DNA of 64,000 nucleotides, from positions 10,850,001-10,914,000 of the forward strand of contig OZ024742.1 in the NCBI GenBank assembly GCA_964016885.1, in the 5' to 3' direction. The translations under genes and the position numbers were made by a program. Source of the DNA: Eledone cirrhosa. Lineage: Eukaryota. Shown piece by piece: positions 1 through 13,396 of the stretch. The first letter of the stretch is position 1. Each line of letters starts with the position of its first letter. The notes under the pieces are model-generated. The model saw only the letters and a program-made list of their open reading frames with translations, did not search any database and had not been told where the DNA came from.

Positions 1-312
1 CCTACAAAATCAGAAAACAGCACAGCTCCCATGACTTTCGGAAACATTTTTTCACGCTCAGAGTTGCTGAAGCATAGAACAAACTGCCTGCGTCAGTTGT
101 TAGCTGCCGAGACACTGCATCCTTTAAAACCCTCATGCTTCCCGAAATACGCCAAAACTACACCTGATGTACCCCTTCCATACACATGCTCACCTGTATA
201 TATCATGACTCATGCACTGTTCATTTTCCTGACGTTTGTACATTACCTTATGTACTATACATGCACTTTTTGATGAGTTGTAGTGCACCTGAGCACTGTA
301 CACAATATTTCA
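1..312 (+). mobile_element. CR1/L2-type LINE 3' fragment
   Basis: Degenerate YKIRKQHSSHDFRKHFFTLRVAEA*NKLPASVVSCRDTASFK resembles the CR1-group ORF2 C-terminus and is followed by a 3' UTR. A second copy lies at 14246-15828 (-). Confidence 0.75.
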
Positions 313-359
313 TTTATATGTGTATGATGATATTGTCATCGTTTAACTGTCTATCTTCC

Positions 360-720
360 ACGACTAGAAGTCGGTGGAAACCGCGGAGTTGAGAGACCCA
401 AGAAGACTTGGGATGAGGTGATAAAAGCCGACCTTACCCTCTCGATGACACACGACCGTGACCTCTGGCGTCACACAGTAATACAGAAGACCCCGACCCC
501 CCATGGGTACAAGCCGAGGGGAAGCATATTGACAATATGCCCCCACACCCTCCCACTGCAAAGTGGTCATGGAGGTGCCACGGAAAAAAGCACCCAGCAC
601 TCACTGTAAATGAGGTTGGTGTTATGAAGGGCATCCAGATGTAGAAATCAAGCCAGAATCAGTTCCCGTCCCACCCTTGCAAGCAGGGAAAAGCGGACGT
701 AAAATGATGATGATGATGAG
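360..720 (+). mobile_element. RTE-tailed retroposon (SINE/LINE composite) fragment
   Basis: Ends cccacccttgcaagcagggaaaagcggacgtaaaa(tga)n, the same tail as the RTE copy at 4530-4858. Body is shared with copies near 28070, 41170 and 53580. Confidence 0.7.
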
Positions 721-841
721 TTCTAGTCCCGTAGAAGCCGTCTGGGTTCTGACTCTTTTCCTATTACCCACTCTACTACCCAAAGTATTGAGTACTCTGG
801 TGTGTTATGGTCCACCTGGTTCCTTACCACACTTCCTTTGT

Positions 842-866
<25 letters not shown>

Positions 867-872
<6 letters not shown>

Positions 873-1102
873 TAAAGAAAACGAAAAATCAGTGATGCAT
901 CTGGACTCAATTTATTGCGTGTTACAAATGTTTCGCCGGCAGGTAGCTCGAGACATGATCCCTGTATGGATCTGGCTGATTCTACAGCTGCAGGTTCTTT
1001 CAGAAACGGTATTTCATTTGGAGCAAATTTTATCACTCCAATTGTAACACGCAATAAATTAAGTCCAGATGCAGCACTGATTTTTCGTTTTCTTTATACT
1101 AT
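867..1102 (-). mobile_element. Fold-back element with degenerate hammerhead ribozyme (Penelope pLTR/retrozyme-like)
   Basis: 64-bp inverted arms at 867-930 and 1039-1102 (3 mismatches) beside (TA)n. Minus strand reads CTGAAAGA...GAAAcatttgTA. Confidence 0.6.
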
Positions 1103-1234
1103 CTACACTCTACTCTGCTGAATATCGAGTGTTAATTTTGGCATACCGCCTATGGAAGCACCATAGCTACCATTATACACAACTATATATATATAGGTAA
1201 TTCCGAAGGAAAAGCAAAGGAAAACAGCTATTTA

Positions 1235-1386
1235 ATTAGAAAGTGAACAACACAAAATATAACTACTCCATTACCAAAGGATAACATCTCTGCCTGATGA
1301 CCGATGCAGACGTATATTATTATTGTCTGGGACCCAGAAACCTTTGGTAATGGAGTAGTTATATTTTGTGCTGTTCACTTTCTAAT
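1235..1386 (+). mobile_element. Fold-back element with hammerhead core
   Basis: 46-bp inverted arms at 1235-1280 and 1341-1386 (1 mismatch). CTGATGA at 1294-1300 and GAAAcctttggTA at 1337-1349. Flanked by (TA)n. Confidence 0.62.
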
Positions 1387-1607
1387 GAAATATATATATA
1401 TAGAATAGAATGGCTTCTTATAAAAAAAAACCCAGTGACCTCAGTTAAAGTAAGTTACTAAGTAGTGAGGAAACCAACCAAATTTTATTTCACATAGATG
1501 TGACTAGCACTGTTTCATTCTGTGATAACATCATCAGGGCTTCTCCACCAGATGAAACAGTACTAGTCCTGTAGAAGTCACATCCATTTGAAATATATAT
1601 ATATATA

Positions 1608-2102
1608 CTAGCTGAGGTACCCGGTAACACCCGGGAGCAGGGGTATTCCCAGTTCCCATTAAAATGCCCAATGCCTCTCAGACCAAAAATGAAATCAAAA
1701 TATAGGAGAGATATTGAAAAGCGAAGACAAATTCATTTACGAAACAATAATACAAACAAATATTGTTGATTGCATTGGTCAGGTGAAAAAAATGTTTGAG
1801 TGTTGCTATAAGGAAAACAATAGAACCCCCATTAGGGTGTCTTAATATTATTGAAATTTGCTGAAATTTTGTGAATAGGCATCATATCTCGTCATTCACC
1901 TATGGTTTAAATTTCATATAAATCTAAAGGAAAAAAATTTCAGCGGGGGAACCCTTTGATTAAAATGAAATATACGTAAGAAATCAAATGGGGATGAGCC
2001 CCACACATGTGTCAAGTTTCATCAAGATCGGTTTGGTAGTTTTTGAGCTTTAGGTTCACAAACAACCAAACAAACACAGAAATTGCCATTTATGTATATA
2101 GA
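1608..2102 (-). mobile_element. Non-autonomous Helitron-like element
   Basis: Minus strand starts TC and ends with a hairpin cccgg-N6-ccggg followed by CTAG. Inserted between A and T in a TA tract with no TSD. Internal aagtttcatcaagatcggtt resembles Lep1-type elements. Confidence 0.7.
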
Positions 2103-2567
2103 TATATGTATGTATGTAAACGGTAAACAGAAATAACACAATCAGTACAGTATATGGAAGGGATATATTAGGTTAACGCTTGATATAGCAGGAAGAGGAT
2201 CGTAACATTTCGGACGCTAGTCCTTCACCAGAAGAAAGAATGAGAAATAAGATAGTTTGAGGGGACGGGTGGGTTGGAATTGGAAAAAATGTCTTTAGAC
2301 AAAAATATATACATACATACATACTATTTTCCATTTTCTAAATAATACCTACCCCCACCATTCATCCTTTTTCTTTTTTCTATTTCGTGTTCCTTTTTTC
2401 CCCCTCATTCCTTATTTTATTTTTCTGAAGAAGGACTAACACCCAAAACATAAAAGACATTTATTTTATTCAAGCGTTAATCTTATATCATTTATCATAC
2501 TGTTTTCTGTGTTTTGTTTTAACTGTTTCCTGACTGTTGTAGCCTTTGTACCACACACACACACACA

Positions 2568-2612
<45 letters not shown>

Positions 2613-3708
2613 ACACATACAAATATACATACACACACAAACATACATACATACATACATATACACACATACTGACACACTCCTACACACATAGAATGTG
2701 TTGATGTGTATAATCTTATTAAAATTCAGTTGTAGTGAACGTAAATTAGAATCTCATTATAATGTTTGAGAAATGAGATTTTATTTTGTTGAGGAAATAA
2801 TATATTATTGGTGTCTCGAAGTTGAAGGAGTGTAATGAAGGCAGGAAAGCAACAGCAATGATAAATGGTAGTCTGTAGATAGTGCCAAGTGTAATAATAG
2901 CATTAATGAGCAAATGAGATGGCCTAGTAATAGCAGCCAAAATCTCACCATTGTTGTCATAAATGATAAAGACCATGTCTGAATGAAAATTAGGATTGGA
3001 TGGTGTTTGGAATTTCTTTGTACATACATCTTCCCAATCAAGATTGACCTGAGGATAAACAACAACAGCAAAAACAACAGTAATATAGCTGCTTTGGGGT
3101 TGCTTGATCTGCTATTAATAGCAGCTGGATGAAACCTCCTTTTCAAAATATGCTCACACTGCTTAGAGGGTGGAGACGGATTAGATGATTTGTGTCCCTT
3201 CATAGACAATGACAACATGAAAGATGAGATGGTCATGGCTAGATCACCTTTGTACAAAGGTATTCTCAATCATGTTTCACCTGCAGATAAACAACAGTAA
3301 TAACAGCTTAAATCATCATCATACACCTACTTTCCATACAGGCATGGTCTGGAATTGTTATCACTGTCCAAGACCAGACAGGCTTGAGTGACCAGTCTTG
3401 ACCATCACATTCCATATTTTGCTTGGTTTCTGCCACAGGATACTCTTCCAACCACCTTAAAGGGTGTACAGGGAACGTTTTTTCATGACACAAGCAAAAA
3501 AAAAACTTTTATAAAAACCCTATCAAAAATATCTTTCTTCTGAGGGAATAACATACTATTTCTGGTACTTAATACACTATGTCACGATAAAAGCCATGAT
3601 GGTCACAGCAGGAATGCTTTAGTACAAAGATCTACTCAGTCATGTGTATGTGAGTATGTGTGCCCATATATGGTAATGTTCTATTAATGTTATTTTCTTC
3701 TATTCCAG

Positions 3709-3796
3709 ATTGATACCTTGGAACTAAAAAGTAGTGAACCTAGCCCAGGATTGTGTGCCTTTGATCCCTTCGATAACTCAACAGCCATTTTAGTCC
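3709..3796 (+). CDS. Sema2a: Semaphorin-2A-like, first exon in window (internal; Sema domain)
   Basis: Acceptor ttcttctattccag, donor gtaagt. Translates IDTLELKSSEPSPGLCAFDPFDNSTAILV, matching the semaphorin C-P/A-Y/F-D-P-x-D-N-S-T-A motif. Ends phase 1. Confidence 0.92.
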
Positions 3797-3834
3797 GTAA
3801 GTCCCCTTCATCTACACCTTAATATCTATCTGTG

Positions 3835-4110
3835 TGTCTTATTAGTGGTCACTCCTCTCAGGACAGGCTTAATTTGACAGATTTACTGGTGGTCACTCCT
3901 CAGAACAGGCTTAACTTAACAGTTTTACTTCTGACTCAGTCTTATTGGTGGTCACTCCCTCAGGACAGGCTTAACTTGACAGATTTACTGGTGGTCACTC
4001 CTCAGAACAGGCTTAACTTAACAGTTTTACTTCTGACTCAGTCTTATTGGTGGTCACTCCTCTCAGGACAGGCTTAACTTGACAGCTAATTTTACTTCTG
4101 ACTCAGTCTT
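3835..4110. repeat. Short composite tandem repeat in intron 1
   Basis: About 5 copies of ggtggtcactcctcagRacaggcttaactt, with alternating short and long units. Confidence 0.85.
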
Positions 4111-4214
4111 AACTCACAGCTTCTTTTACTCATTTCATCCTTCTTCTAACCTGCTATCCATTTATTTCAAACCATTTCCATTCTCTAACAAAACTGATAT
4201 TCTTTCTCTTGCAG

Positions 4215-4379
4215 ATAGTAAAAATTCTGAAGAAGACTTAGTATCAATATATTCAGGCACATTTGCAGATTTTTCAAAGGCAAGACCCCAAATTTATCGA
4301 CCAAATGTGTATACTAAAGATGGTAGATTAGCATATGACTTTTTGAAAACAGCTCCTTCAAGCTCAAAGTGGCTAAATG
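4215..4379 (+). CDS. Sema2a: Semaphorin-2A-like exon 2 (Sema)
   Basis: Acceptor ctttctcttgcag, donor gtaagt. (H)SKNSEEDLVSIYSGTFADFSKARPQIYRPNVYTKDGRLAYDFLKTAPSSSKWLN carries the YSGT-x-ADF and SKWL motifs. Confidence 0.94.
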
Positions 4380-4529
4380 GTAAGTTGATCCATTATTTTA
4401 ATATTTCTACACTGTAAAGTTTCCTTACATATTTGATAGCATATGGGAACCCTGGACATTTCAGCAGGGAATACCTAGTTGTTTCTACACTGTAAGGTTT
4501 CCTTATATATTTGATAGCATATGGAACCC

Positions 4530-4858
4530 AGCATAAATGTGTTGAGAGAGAAACTGTGTCTGAGAGGGATAGAATGTAGTGTATGGGAGAGGAGACTGAG
4601 GTGGTATGGACATGTGATGCGCATGGAGGATGACCGATGGGTGAAGAAGTGCCAGGAAATGCCAGTTGAAGGAAGACGTGGTAGAGGTAGACCACAAAAA
4701 ACATGGGCGGAGGTGGTGAGAACAGACCTCAGATCATTGAAGCTCACGGTGGAGATGATGAGGGACCATGACGAGTGGAGAGATGCTGTGCTGAATAAGA
4801 CCCGTCCCACCCTTGCAAGCAGGGAAAAGCGGACGTAAAATGATGATGATGATGATGA
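4530..4858 (+). mobile_element. 5'-truncated RTE-clade LINE with TSD
   Basis: LREKLCLRGIECSVWERRLRWYGHVMRMEDDRWVKKCQEMPVEGRRGRGRPQKTWAEVV is an RTE ORF C-terminus. (GAT)n tail; TSD atgg(g)aaccc. Confidence 0.88.
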
Positions 4859-5899
4859 TGGGAACCCTGGACATTTCTGGAAGGAAATATTTTGTTGTAA
4901 ATTCTTAACCTAACAAATACTTCAGCTTCACATATAACACACAGGAGATATTTTTGTTTTAGCCATTTTTTGGGGTCTTATATATCATCAAATATGGTCG
5001 TCATCATCATCAGCAGCAGTAAATCTACATTCATTGCAAGTGTTGTAACTAACCAAGTCCGTACTTAATCAGAGCTACTGTCCTCTTTGGTAGGTACAGC
5101 TCACATATCTATTGCCACTATTATGAGTACACTGGGGCTCCTTTGTAGATGGCCTGTTGTACAGTTCTGCAAACTACTGAGTGCACCATTATCAAAATGG
5201 TACACTTTTAAGACTTTCTCATGGCTGCATCATGGAGGGGACCCCCTTATGTGTATTCAATGGTCTCGTTAGATTTACAAAGGCACCATGGTGTGGGTAT
5301 TTGGAGTCAGGATTAGTCATAACAGACGTTAGCTTCATTAGAATGATAGCTGGGGTATATTAACCCCCTAACTACCAAACATATAATATAAATAACTAAA
5401 TAATTGGTTGCCAAAGTTGAGGCGGCTTATTTATTCACCTGAATCTATAAATCTTTGTAGCTAGGTGTTTATTTACCTGTCAGAGAAAAAGTCAATTAAC
5501 AAACAGATTAAAGAGTGATGTTGTGTTATGGAGGAGAAAATTAATGGACTCTTCTGCAGCAGTATATAAAGCTGGACATAACGATGATGATGATGATTGT
5601 TTTGGTTGATGTTTTTTTAGGTGGGGGTGGGGGTAAGAGTTAGCCACTAGAAAACATGATATTGTTGGTTTTATGTTTTTGAATTATATTTTTTAATTCT
5701 CTATTATATTTAATGAAAATAAATGAGCCTATATATTTTTTTATTTCTCTGTTACTGTTATTACTACGGTATTTATTACTCCCACTTGTCTAGTGTATTA
5801 GAAGGTTGTTGTATTAGTAAGCATATATACTACTACTACTACTACTACTACCATCACACTCACACACACACACACACATATTATTACCACCAGCACAGC

Positions 5900-6222
5900 T
5901 CAGAGATCAGAGAGTCACTCCAGGTAGAGTTGCTACTTCTCCAACTTGAGAGATCACATCTCTGATAGTTTGGTCATGTGGTTAGAATGTCTTAAAGAAT
6001 CACTGCACAGATGTTATGGGCAAAACCAACCAGCAGGAGACCCAGGGGCAGACGCTGAGCAAGATGGTTGGATAATATCCATGATCTCAGTGGGTCTTGC
6101 TTGCAGATCCAACTGGAACAATTGGAGATGGTTACAACTAACAGGATCCACTGCAATGAACGTTTCAGGACTCTGTCCCTACGACCCTCTCAGAAATAAA
6201 TGGACAAAGAAGGAGGAGGAAA
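5900..6222 (+). mobile_element. Degenerate RTE-like LINE 3' fragment (different family)
   Basis: Decayed RRPRGRR*ARWLDNI motif and a gaaggaggagga tail directly before the 44-bp array. Confidence 0.45.
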
Positions 6223-6225
6223 GCT

Positions 6226-9200
6226 AAAAAACTGTGATGAATGAAAATATGACAGGGGGAAGGGGAGAAAAAACAAACTGATGAATGAAAATATGACAGT
6301 GGGAAGGAGAGAAAAAACAAACTGATGAATGAAAATATGACAGGGGGAAGGAGAGAAAAAACAAACTGATGAATGAAAATATGACAGGGGGAAGGAGAGA
6401 AAAAACAAACTGATGAATGAAAATATGACAGGGGGAAGGAGAGAAAAAACAAACTGATGAATGAAAATATAACAGGGGGAAGGAGAGAAAAAACAAACTG
6501 ATGAATGAAAATATGACAGGAGGAAGGAGAGAAAAAACAAACTGATGAATGAAAATATAACAGGGGGAAGGAGAGAAAAAACAAACTGATGAATGAAAAT
6601 ATGACAGGGGGAAGGAGTGAAAAAACAAACTGATGAATGAAAATATGACAGGGGGAAGGAGAGAAAAAACAAACTGATGAATGAAAATATGACAGGGGCA
6701 AGGAGAGAAAAAACAAACTGATGAATGAAAATATGACAGGAGGAAGGAGAGAAAAAACAAACAGATGAATGAAAATATGACAGGGGGAAGGAGAGAAAAA
6801 ACAAACTGATGAATGAAAATATGACAGGGGGAAGGAGAGAAAAAACAAACTGATGAATGAAAATATGACAGGGGGAAGGAGAGAAAAAACAAACTGATGA
6901 ATGAAAATATGACAGGGGGAAGGAGAGAAAAAACAAACTGATGAATGAAAATATGACAGGGGGAAGGAGAGAAAAAACAAACTGATGAATGAAAATATGA
7001 CAGGGGGAAGGAGAGAAAAAACAAACTGATGAATGAAAATATGACAGGAGGAAGGAGAGAAAAAACAAACTGATGAATGAAAATATGACAGGGGGAAGGA
7101 GAGAAAAAACAAACTGATGAATGAAAATATGACAGGAGGAAGGAGAGAAAAAACAAACTGATGAATGAAAATATGGCAGGGGGAAGGAGAGAAAAAACAA
7201 ACTGATGAATGAAAATATGACAGGAGGAAGGGGAGAAAAAACAAACTGATGAATGAAAATATGACAAGGGGAAGGAGAGAAAAAACAAACTGATGAATGA
7301 AAATATGACAGGAGGAAGGAAAGAAAAAACAAACTGATGAATGAAAATATGACAGGGGGAAGGAGAGAAAAAACAAACTGATGAATGAAAATATGACAGG
7401 AGGAAGGAGAGAAAAAACAAACTGATGAATGAAAATATGACAGGGGGAAGGAGAGAAAAAACAAACTGATGAATGAAAATATGACAGGAGGAAGGAGAGA
7501 AAAAACAAACTGATGAATGAAAATATGACAGGGGGAAGGAGAGAAAAAACAAACTGATGAATGAAAATATGACAGGGGGAAGGAGAGAAAAAACAAACTG
7601 ATGAATGAAAATATGACAGGGGGAAGGAGAGAAAAAACAAACTGATGAATGAAAATATGACAGGGGGAAGGAGAGAAAAAACAAACTGATGAATGAAAAT
7701 ATGACAGGGGGAAGGGGAGAAAAAACAAACTGATGAATGAAAATATGACAGGGGAAGGAGAGAAAAAACAAACTGATGAATGAAAATATGATAGGGGAAG
7801 GAGAGAAAAAACAAACTGATGAATGAAAATATGACAGGGGAAGGAGAGAAAAAACAAACTGATGAATGAAAATATGACAGGGGGAAGGGGAGAAAAAACA
7901 AACTGATGAATGAAAATATGACAGGGGGAAGGAGAGAAAAAACAAACTGATGAATGAAAATATGACAGGGGGAAGGGGAGAAAAAACAAACTGATGAATG
8001 AAAATATGACAGGGGGAAGGGGAGAAAAAACAAACTGATGAATGAAAATATGACAGGGGGAAGGGGAGAAAAAACAAACTGATGAATGAAAATATGACAG
8101 GGGAAGGAGAGAAAAAACAAACTGATGAATGAAAATATGACAGGGGGAAGGGGAGAAAAAACAAACTGATGAATGAAAATATGACAGGGGGAAGGAGAGA
8201 AAAAACAAACTGATGAATGAAAATATGACAGGGGGAAGGAGAGAAAAAACAAACTGATGAATGAAAATATGACAGGGGGAAGGAGAGAAAAAACAAACTG
8301 ATGAATGACAATATGACAGGGGGAAGGGGAGAAAAAACAAACTGATGAATGAAAATATGACAGGGGGAAGGGGAGAAAAAACAAACTGATGAATGAAAAT
8401 ATGACAGGGGGAAGGGGAGAAAAAACAAACTGATGAATGAAAATATGACAGGGAGAAGGAGAGAAAAAACAAACTGATGAATGAAAATATGACAGGGCGA
8501 AGGGGAGAAAAAACAAACTGATGAATGAAAATATGGCAGGGGGAAGGGGAGAAAAAACAAACTGATGAATGAAAATATGACAGGGGGAAGGAGAGAAAAA
8601 ACAAACTGATGAATGAAAATATGACAGGAGGAAGGAGAGAAAAAACAAACTGATTAATGAAAATATGACAGGGGGAAGGGGAGAAAAAACAAACTGATGA
8701 ATGAAAATATGACAGGGGGAAGGGGAGAAAAAACAAACTGATGAATGACAATATGACAGGGGGAAGGGGAGAAAAAACAAACTGATGAATGAAAATATGA
8801 CAGGGGGAAGGAGAGAAAAAACAAACTGATGAATGAAAATATGACAGGAGGAAGGAGAGAAAAACAAACTGATGAATGAAAATATGACAGGGGGAAGGGG
8901 AGAAAAAACAAACTGATGAATGAAAATATGACAGGGGGAATGGGAGATAAAACAAACTGATGAATGAAAATATGACAGGGGGAAGGGGAGAAAAAACAAA
9001 CTGATGAATGAAAATATGACAGGGGGAAGGGGAGAAAAAACAAACTGATGAATGAAAATATGACAGGAGGAAGGAGAGAAAAAACAAACTGATGAATGAA
9101 AATATGACAGGAGGAAGGAGAGAAAAAACAAACTGATGAATGAAAATATGACAGGGGGAAGGGGAGAAAAAACAAACTGATGAATGAAAATATGACAGGG

Positions 9201-10998
9201 GGAAGGGGAGAAAAAACAAACTGATGAATGAAAATATGACAGGAGGAAGGAGAGAAAAAACAAACTGATGAATGAAAATATGACAGGAGGAAGGAGAGAA
9301 AAAACAAACTGATGAATGAAAATATGACAGGAGGAAGGAGAGAAAAAACAAACTGATGAATGAAAATATGACAGGGGGAAGGAGAGAAAAAACAAACTGA
9401 TGAATGAAAATATGACAGGAGGAAGGAGAGAAAAAACAAACTGATGAATGAAAATATGACAGGAGGAAGGAGAGAAAAAACAAACTGATGAATGAAAATA
9501 TGACAGGGGGAAGGGGAGAAAAAACAAACTGATGAATGAAAATATGACGGGGAAGGGGAGAAAAAACAAACTGATGAATGAAAATATGACAGGAGGAAGG
9601 AGAGAAAAAACAAACTGATGAATGAAAATATGACAGGGGGAAGGAGAGAAAAAACAAACTGATGAATGAAAATATGACAGGAGGAAGGAGAGAAAAAACA
9701 AACTGATGAATGAAAATATGACAGGAGGAAGGAGAGAAAAAACAAACTGATGAATGAAAATATGACAGGAGGAAGGAGAGAAAAAACAAACTGATGAATG
9801 AAAATATGACAGGAGGAAGGAGAGAAAAAACAAACTGATGAATGAAAATATGACAGGAGGAAGGAGAGAAAAAACAAACTGATGAATGAAAATATGACAG
9901 GAAGAAGGAGTGAAAAAACAAACTGATGAATGAAAATATGACAGGGGGAAGGGGAGAAAAAACAAACTGATGAATGAAAATATGACAGGAGGAAGGAGAG
10001 AAAAAACAAACTGATGAATGAAAATATGACAGGAGGAAGGAGAGAAAAAACAAACTGATGAATGAAAATATGACAGGAGGAAGGAGAGAAAAAACAAACT
10101 GATGAATGAAAATATGACAGGAGGAAGGAGAGAAAAAACAAACTGATGAATGAAAATATGACAGGAGGAAGGAGAGAAAAAACAAACTGATGAATGAAAA
10201 TATGACAGGAGGAAGGAGAGAAAAAACAAACTGATGAATGAAAATATGACAGGGGGAAGGGGAGAAAAAACAAACTGATGAATGAAAATATGACAGGGGG
10301 AAGGGGAGAAAAAACAAACTGATGAATGAAAATATGACAGGAGGAAGGAGAGAAAAAACAAACTGATGAATGAAAATATGACAGGAGGAAGGAGAGAAAA
10401 AACAAACTGATGAATGAAAATATGACAGGGGGAAGGGGAGAAAAAACAAACTGATGAATGAAAATATGACAGGGGGAAGGGGAGAAAAAACAAACTGATG
10501 AATGAAAATATGACAGGAGGAAGGAGAGAAAAACAAACTGATGAATGAAAATATGACAGGAGGAAGGAGAGAAAAAACAAACTGATGAATGAAAATATGA
10601 CAGGAGGAAGGAGAGAAAAAACAAACTGATGAATGAAAATATGACAGGGGGAAGGGGAGAAAAAACAAACTGATGAATGAAAATATGACAGGGGGAAGGG
10701 GAGAAAAAACAAACTGATGAATGAAAATATGACAGGAGGAAGGAGAGAAAAAACAAACTGATGAATGAAAATATGACAGGAGGAAGGAGAGAAAAACAAA
10801 CTGATGAATGAAAATATGACAGGGGGAAGGGGAGAAAAAACAAACTGATGAATGAAAATATGACAGGGGGAAGGGGAGAAAAAACAAACTGATGAATGAA
10901 AATATGACAGGGGGAAGGAGAGAAAAAACAAACTGATGAATGAAAATATGACAGGGGGAAGGAGAGAGAGAAACGACTGTGATGAATGAAAATATGAG
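6226..10998. repeat. 44-bp minisatellite, about 108 copies
   Basis: Unit gatgaatgaaaatatgacagggggaaggagagaaaaaacaaact, with a few 43-bp variants. Confidence 0.98.
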
Positions 10999-11189
10999 AG
11001 GGGGTGGGGGTATATTTTGTAATAGAGGTGGGAAAGAAGAGAAACTCCTGAGAGAGACAAGAGTATAAAAGTCAATATTGGTTTGTTTTCTCTCCTGCTT
11101 TTATGGTATGTCATAGTTTTAATAATAATACATTAATCATAATTTTGGGGAATATTGGAGAAGAAATATTGTTAGTCCCTTGTTGACAC

Positions 11190-11800
<611 letters not shown>

Positions 11801-12993
11801 CTACACATATACTAAGAGGTTGTTGTTAGCAATGAAATATATATATAAACACGCACATAGACAGATATGTGTAGTAAGAGGTTCCTTGGTATTCTAGATA
11901 GGATTGTTGGGGTGGCAGCCCCACCACAAGACATATCTTGATTCTTTTTTAAAATCTTGCCTGAATGCTGCCCATTTCTTCAGAGAGAAAGAGAAAGTAA
12001 GGAAGACAGAGAGAGAAAGAACCAATTGTTGTAGTAGGCTTGTAGTGTATTTATCAACCTGGATAGGATGAAAGTCAAAGTTGACCTGGAGAGTATTTGA
12101 AGTAAGAAGAGAGAAAGCTGGACCATATATTTACCAACTCATCACCTTTGTATATACAAAGCTAGATATTACCTAGATATTTCATGCTAGAAGAGCTGTT
12201 GTGTGTATGAAAGAAAGACTAGCATTTCAGTGGAATAATAAAAGATAAAGTTGTTTAATATTACCTAACATCATAAGCTGCTCACCTGGCCCGTGACTCC
12301 TGCCATTCATCATATCACATGCAACAGACTGTGTTAGTAATGGCTGGCTGCTCTTTTGTCATCTGACGGGAAACTTCAGAGATGGCTTTATGAATCTCTG
12401 CATTACATATAGATGCATGAAATTTGATACTTTCAATGTAAGAGCAATTGAACATCTGAGTGTGTGTGTGTGTATGTGTATGTGTGTGTGTGTGTGTGTG
12501 TGCGTGTGTGTAAACCATTCTAGTCATGCCAACTTGAGAAGTGAATATGTTTCGTCGAAGATATCTAATATGAGTGGAGGGGCGTGACCTAGTATTAAGA
12601 GTGTTGGACTTACAATCATAATGTCATGCGTTCGATTACTGGGTTGTGTTATGTTCTTGGATGGTAAACACATTCCAAGAGGCTTTAAGGAAAAAAAGCA
12701 AAGATAAACCATGAACATCTGACTGTGTATAAAGGTGTGTGTGTGTGTGTGTGTGTGTATACTTTAGAAGTGAAGGCGTGTGGCTGAGTGGTTAGAGAAT
12801 TGGATTCACAATCTTGAGGTTGTGAGTTCAATTCCTGGACCAGGCGATGCATTATGTCCTTGAGCAAGACACTTTATTTCACGTTGCTCCTTCTACCTGG
12901 AGTTGCAACCGATAGATAGTATTAGCAACTGGAAAGACCAACGGAAACATTGTTTCTTCGGTCCGATTTGACGAAAGTCGATCGACCCTTTAT

Positions 12994-13396
12994 ATCATCA
13001 TCATCATCATCATTTTACATCCGCTTTTCCCTGCTTGCAAGGGTGGGACGGGTCTTATTCAGCACAGCATCTCTCCACTCGTCACGGTCCCTCGTCATCT
13101 CCACCGTGAGCTTCAGCGATCTGAGGTCTGTTCTCACCACCTTCGCCCATGTTTTTTGTGGTCTACCTCTACCATGTCTTCCTTTAACTGGCATCTCCTG
13201 GCACTTCTTCACTCATCAGTCATCCTCCATTCGCATCACATGTCCATACCACCCCAGTCTCCTCTCTCGCACACTACATTCTATCCCCCTCAGACACAGT
13301 TTCTCTCTCAACACATTTATGCTGGGTCGTTCACGTACATTGACACTGCACATCCAACGGAGCATGCTTGCCTCACTTCTTTCCAGCCGTCGCATA
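12994..13396 (-). mobile_element. 5'-truncated RTE-clade LINE
   Basis: Near-identical to 4530-4858 in reverse orientation; (CAT)n tail on the + strand. Confidence 0.88.

Noticed and set aside
2746-3290. 154-aa and 76-aa minus ORFs and an apparent minus-strand splice acceptor at about 3281
   Set aside because: No recognisable domain. The acceptor-like string recurs at about 3050 and looks like a decayed dispersed repeat.
1-3708. Upstream semaphorin exons, signal peptide or promoter
   Set aside because: No exon with Sema similarity was found. The N-terminal part is presumed to lie before the window.
6165-11114. 1649-aa, 1565-aa, 778-aa and 729-aa minus-strand ORFs
   Set aside because: These are translations of a 44-bp satellite that is open in all frames. 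Unit length is not a multiple of 3 and 43-bp variants are tolerated.
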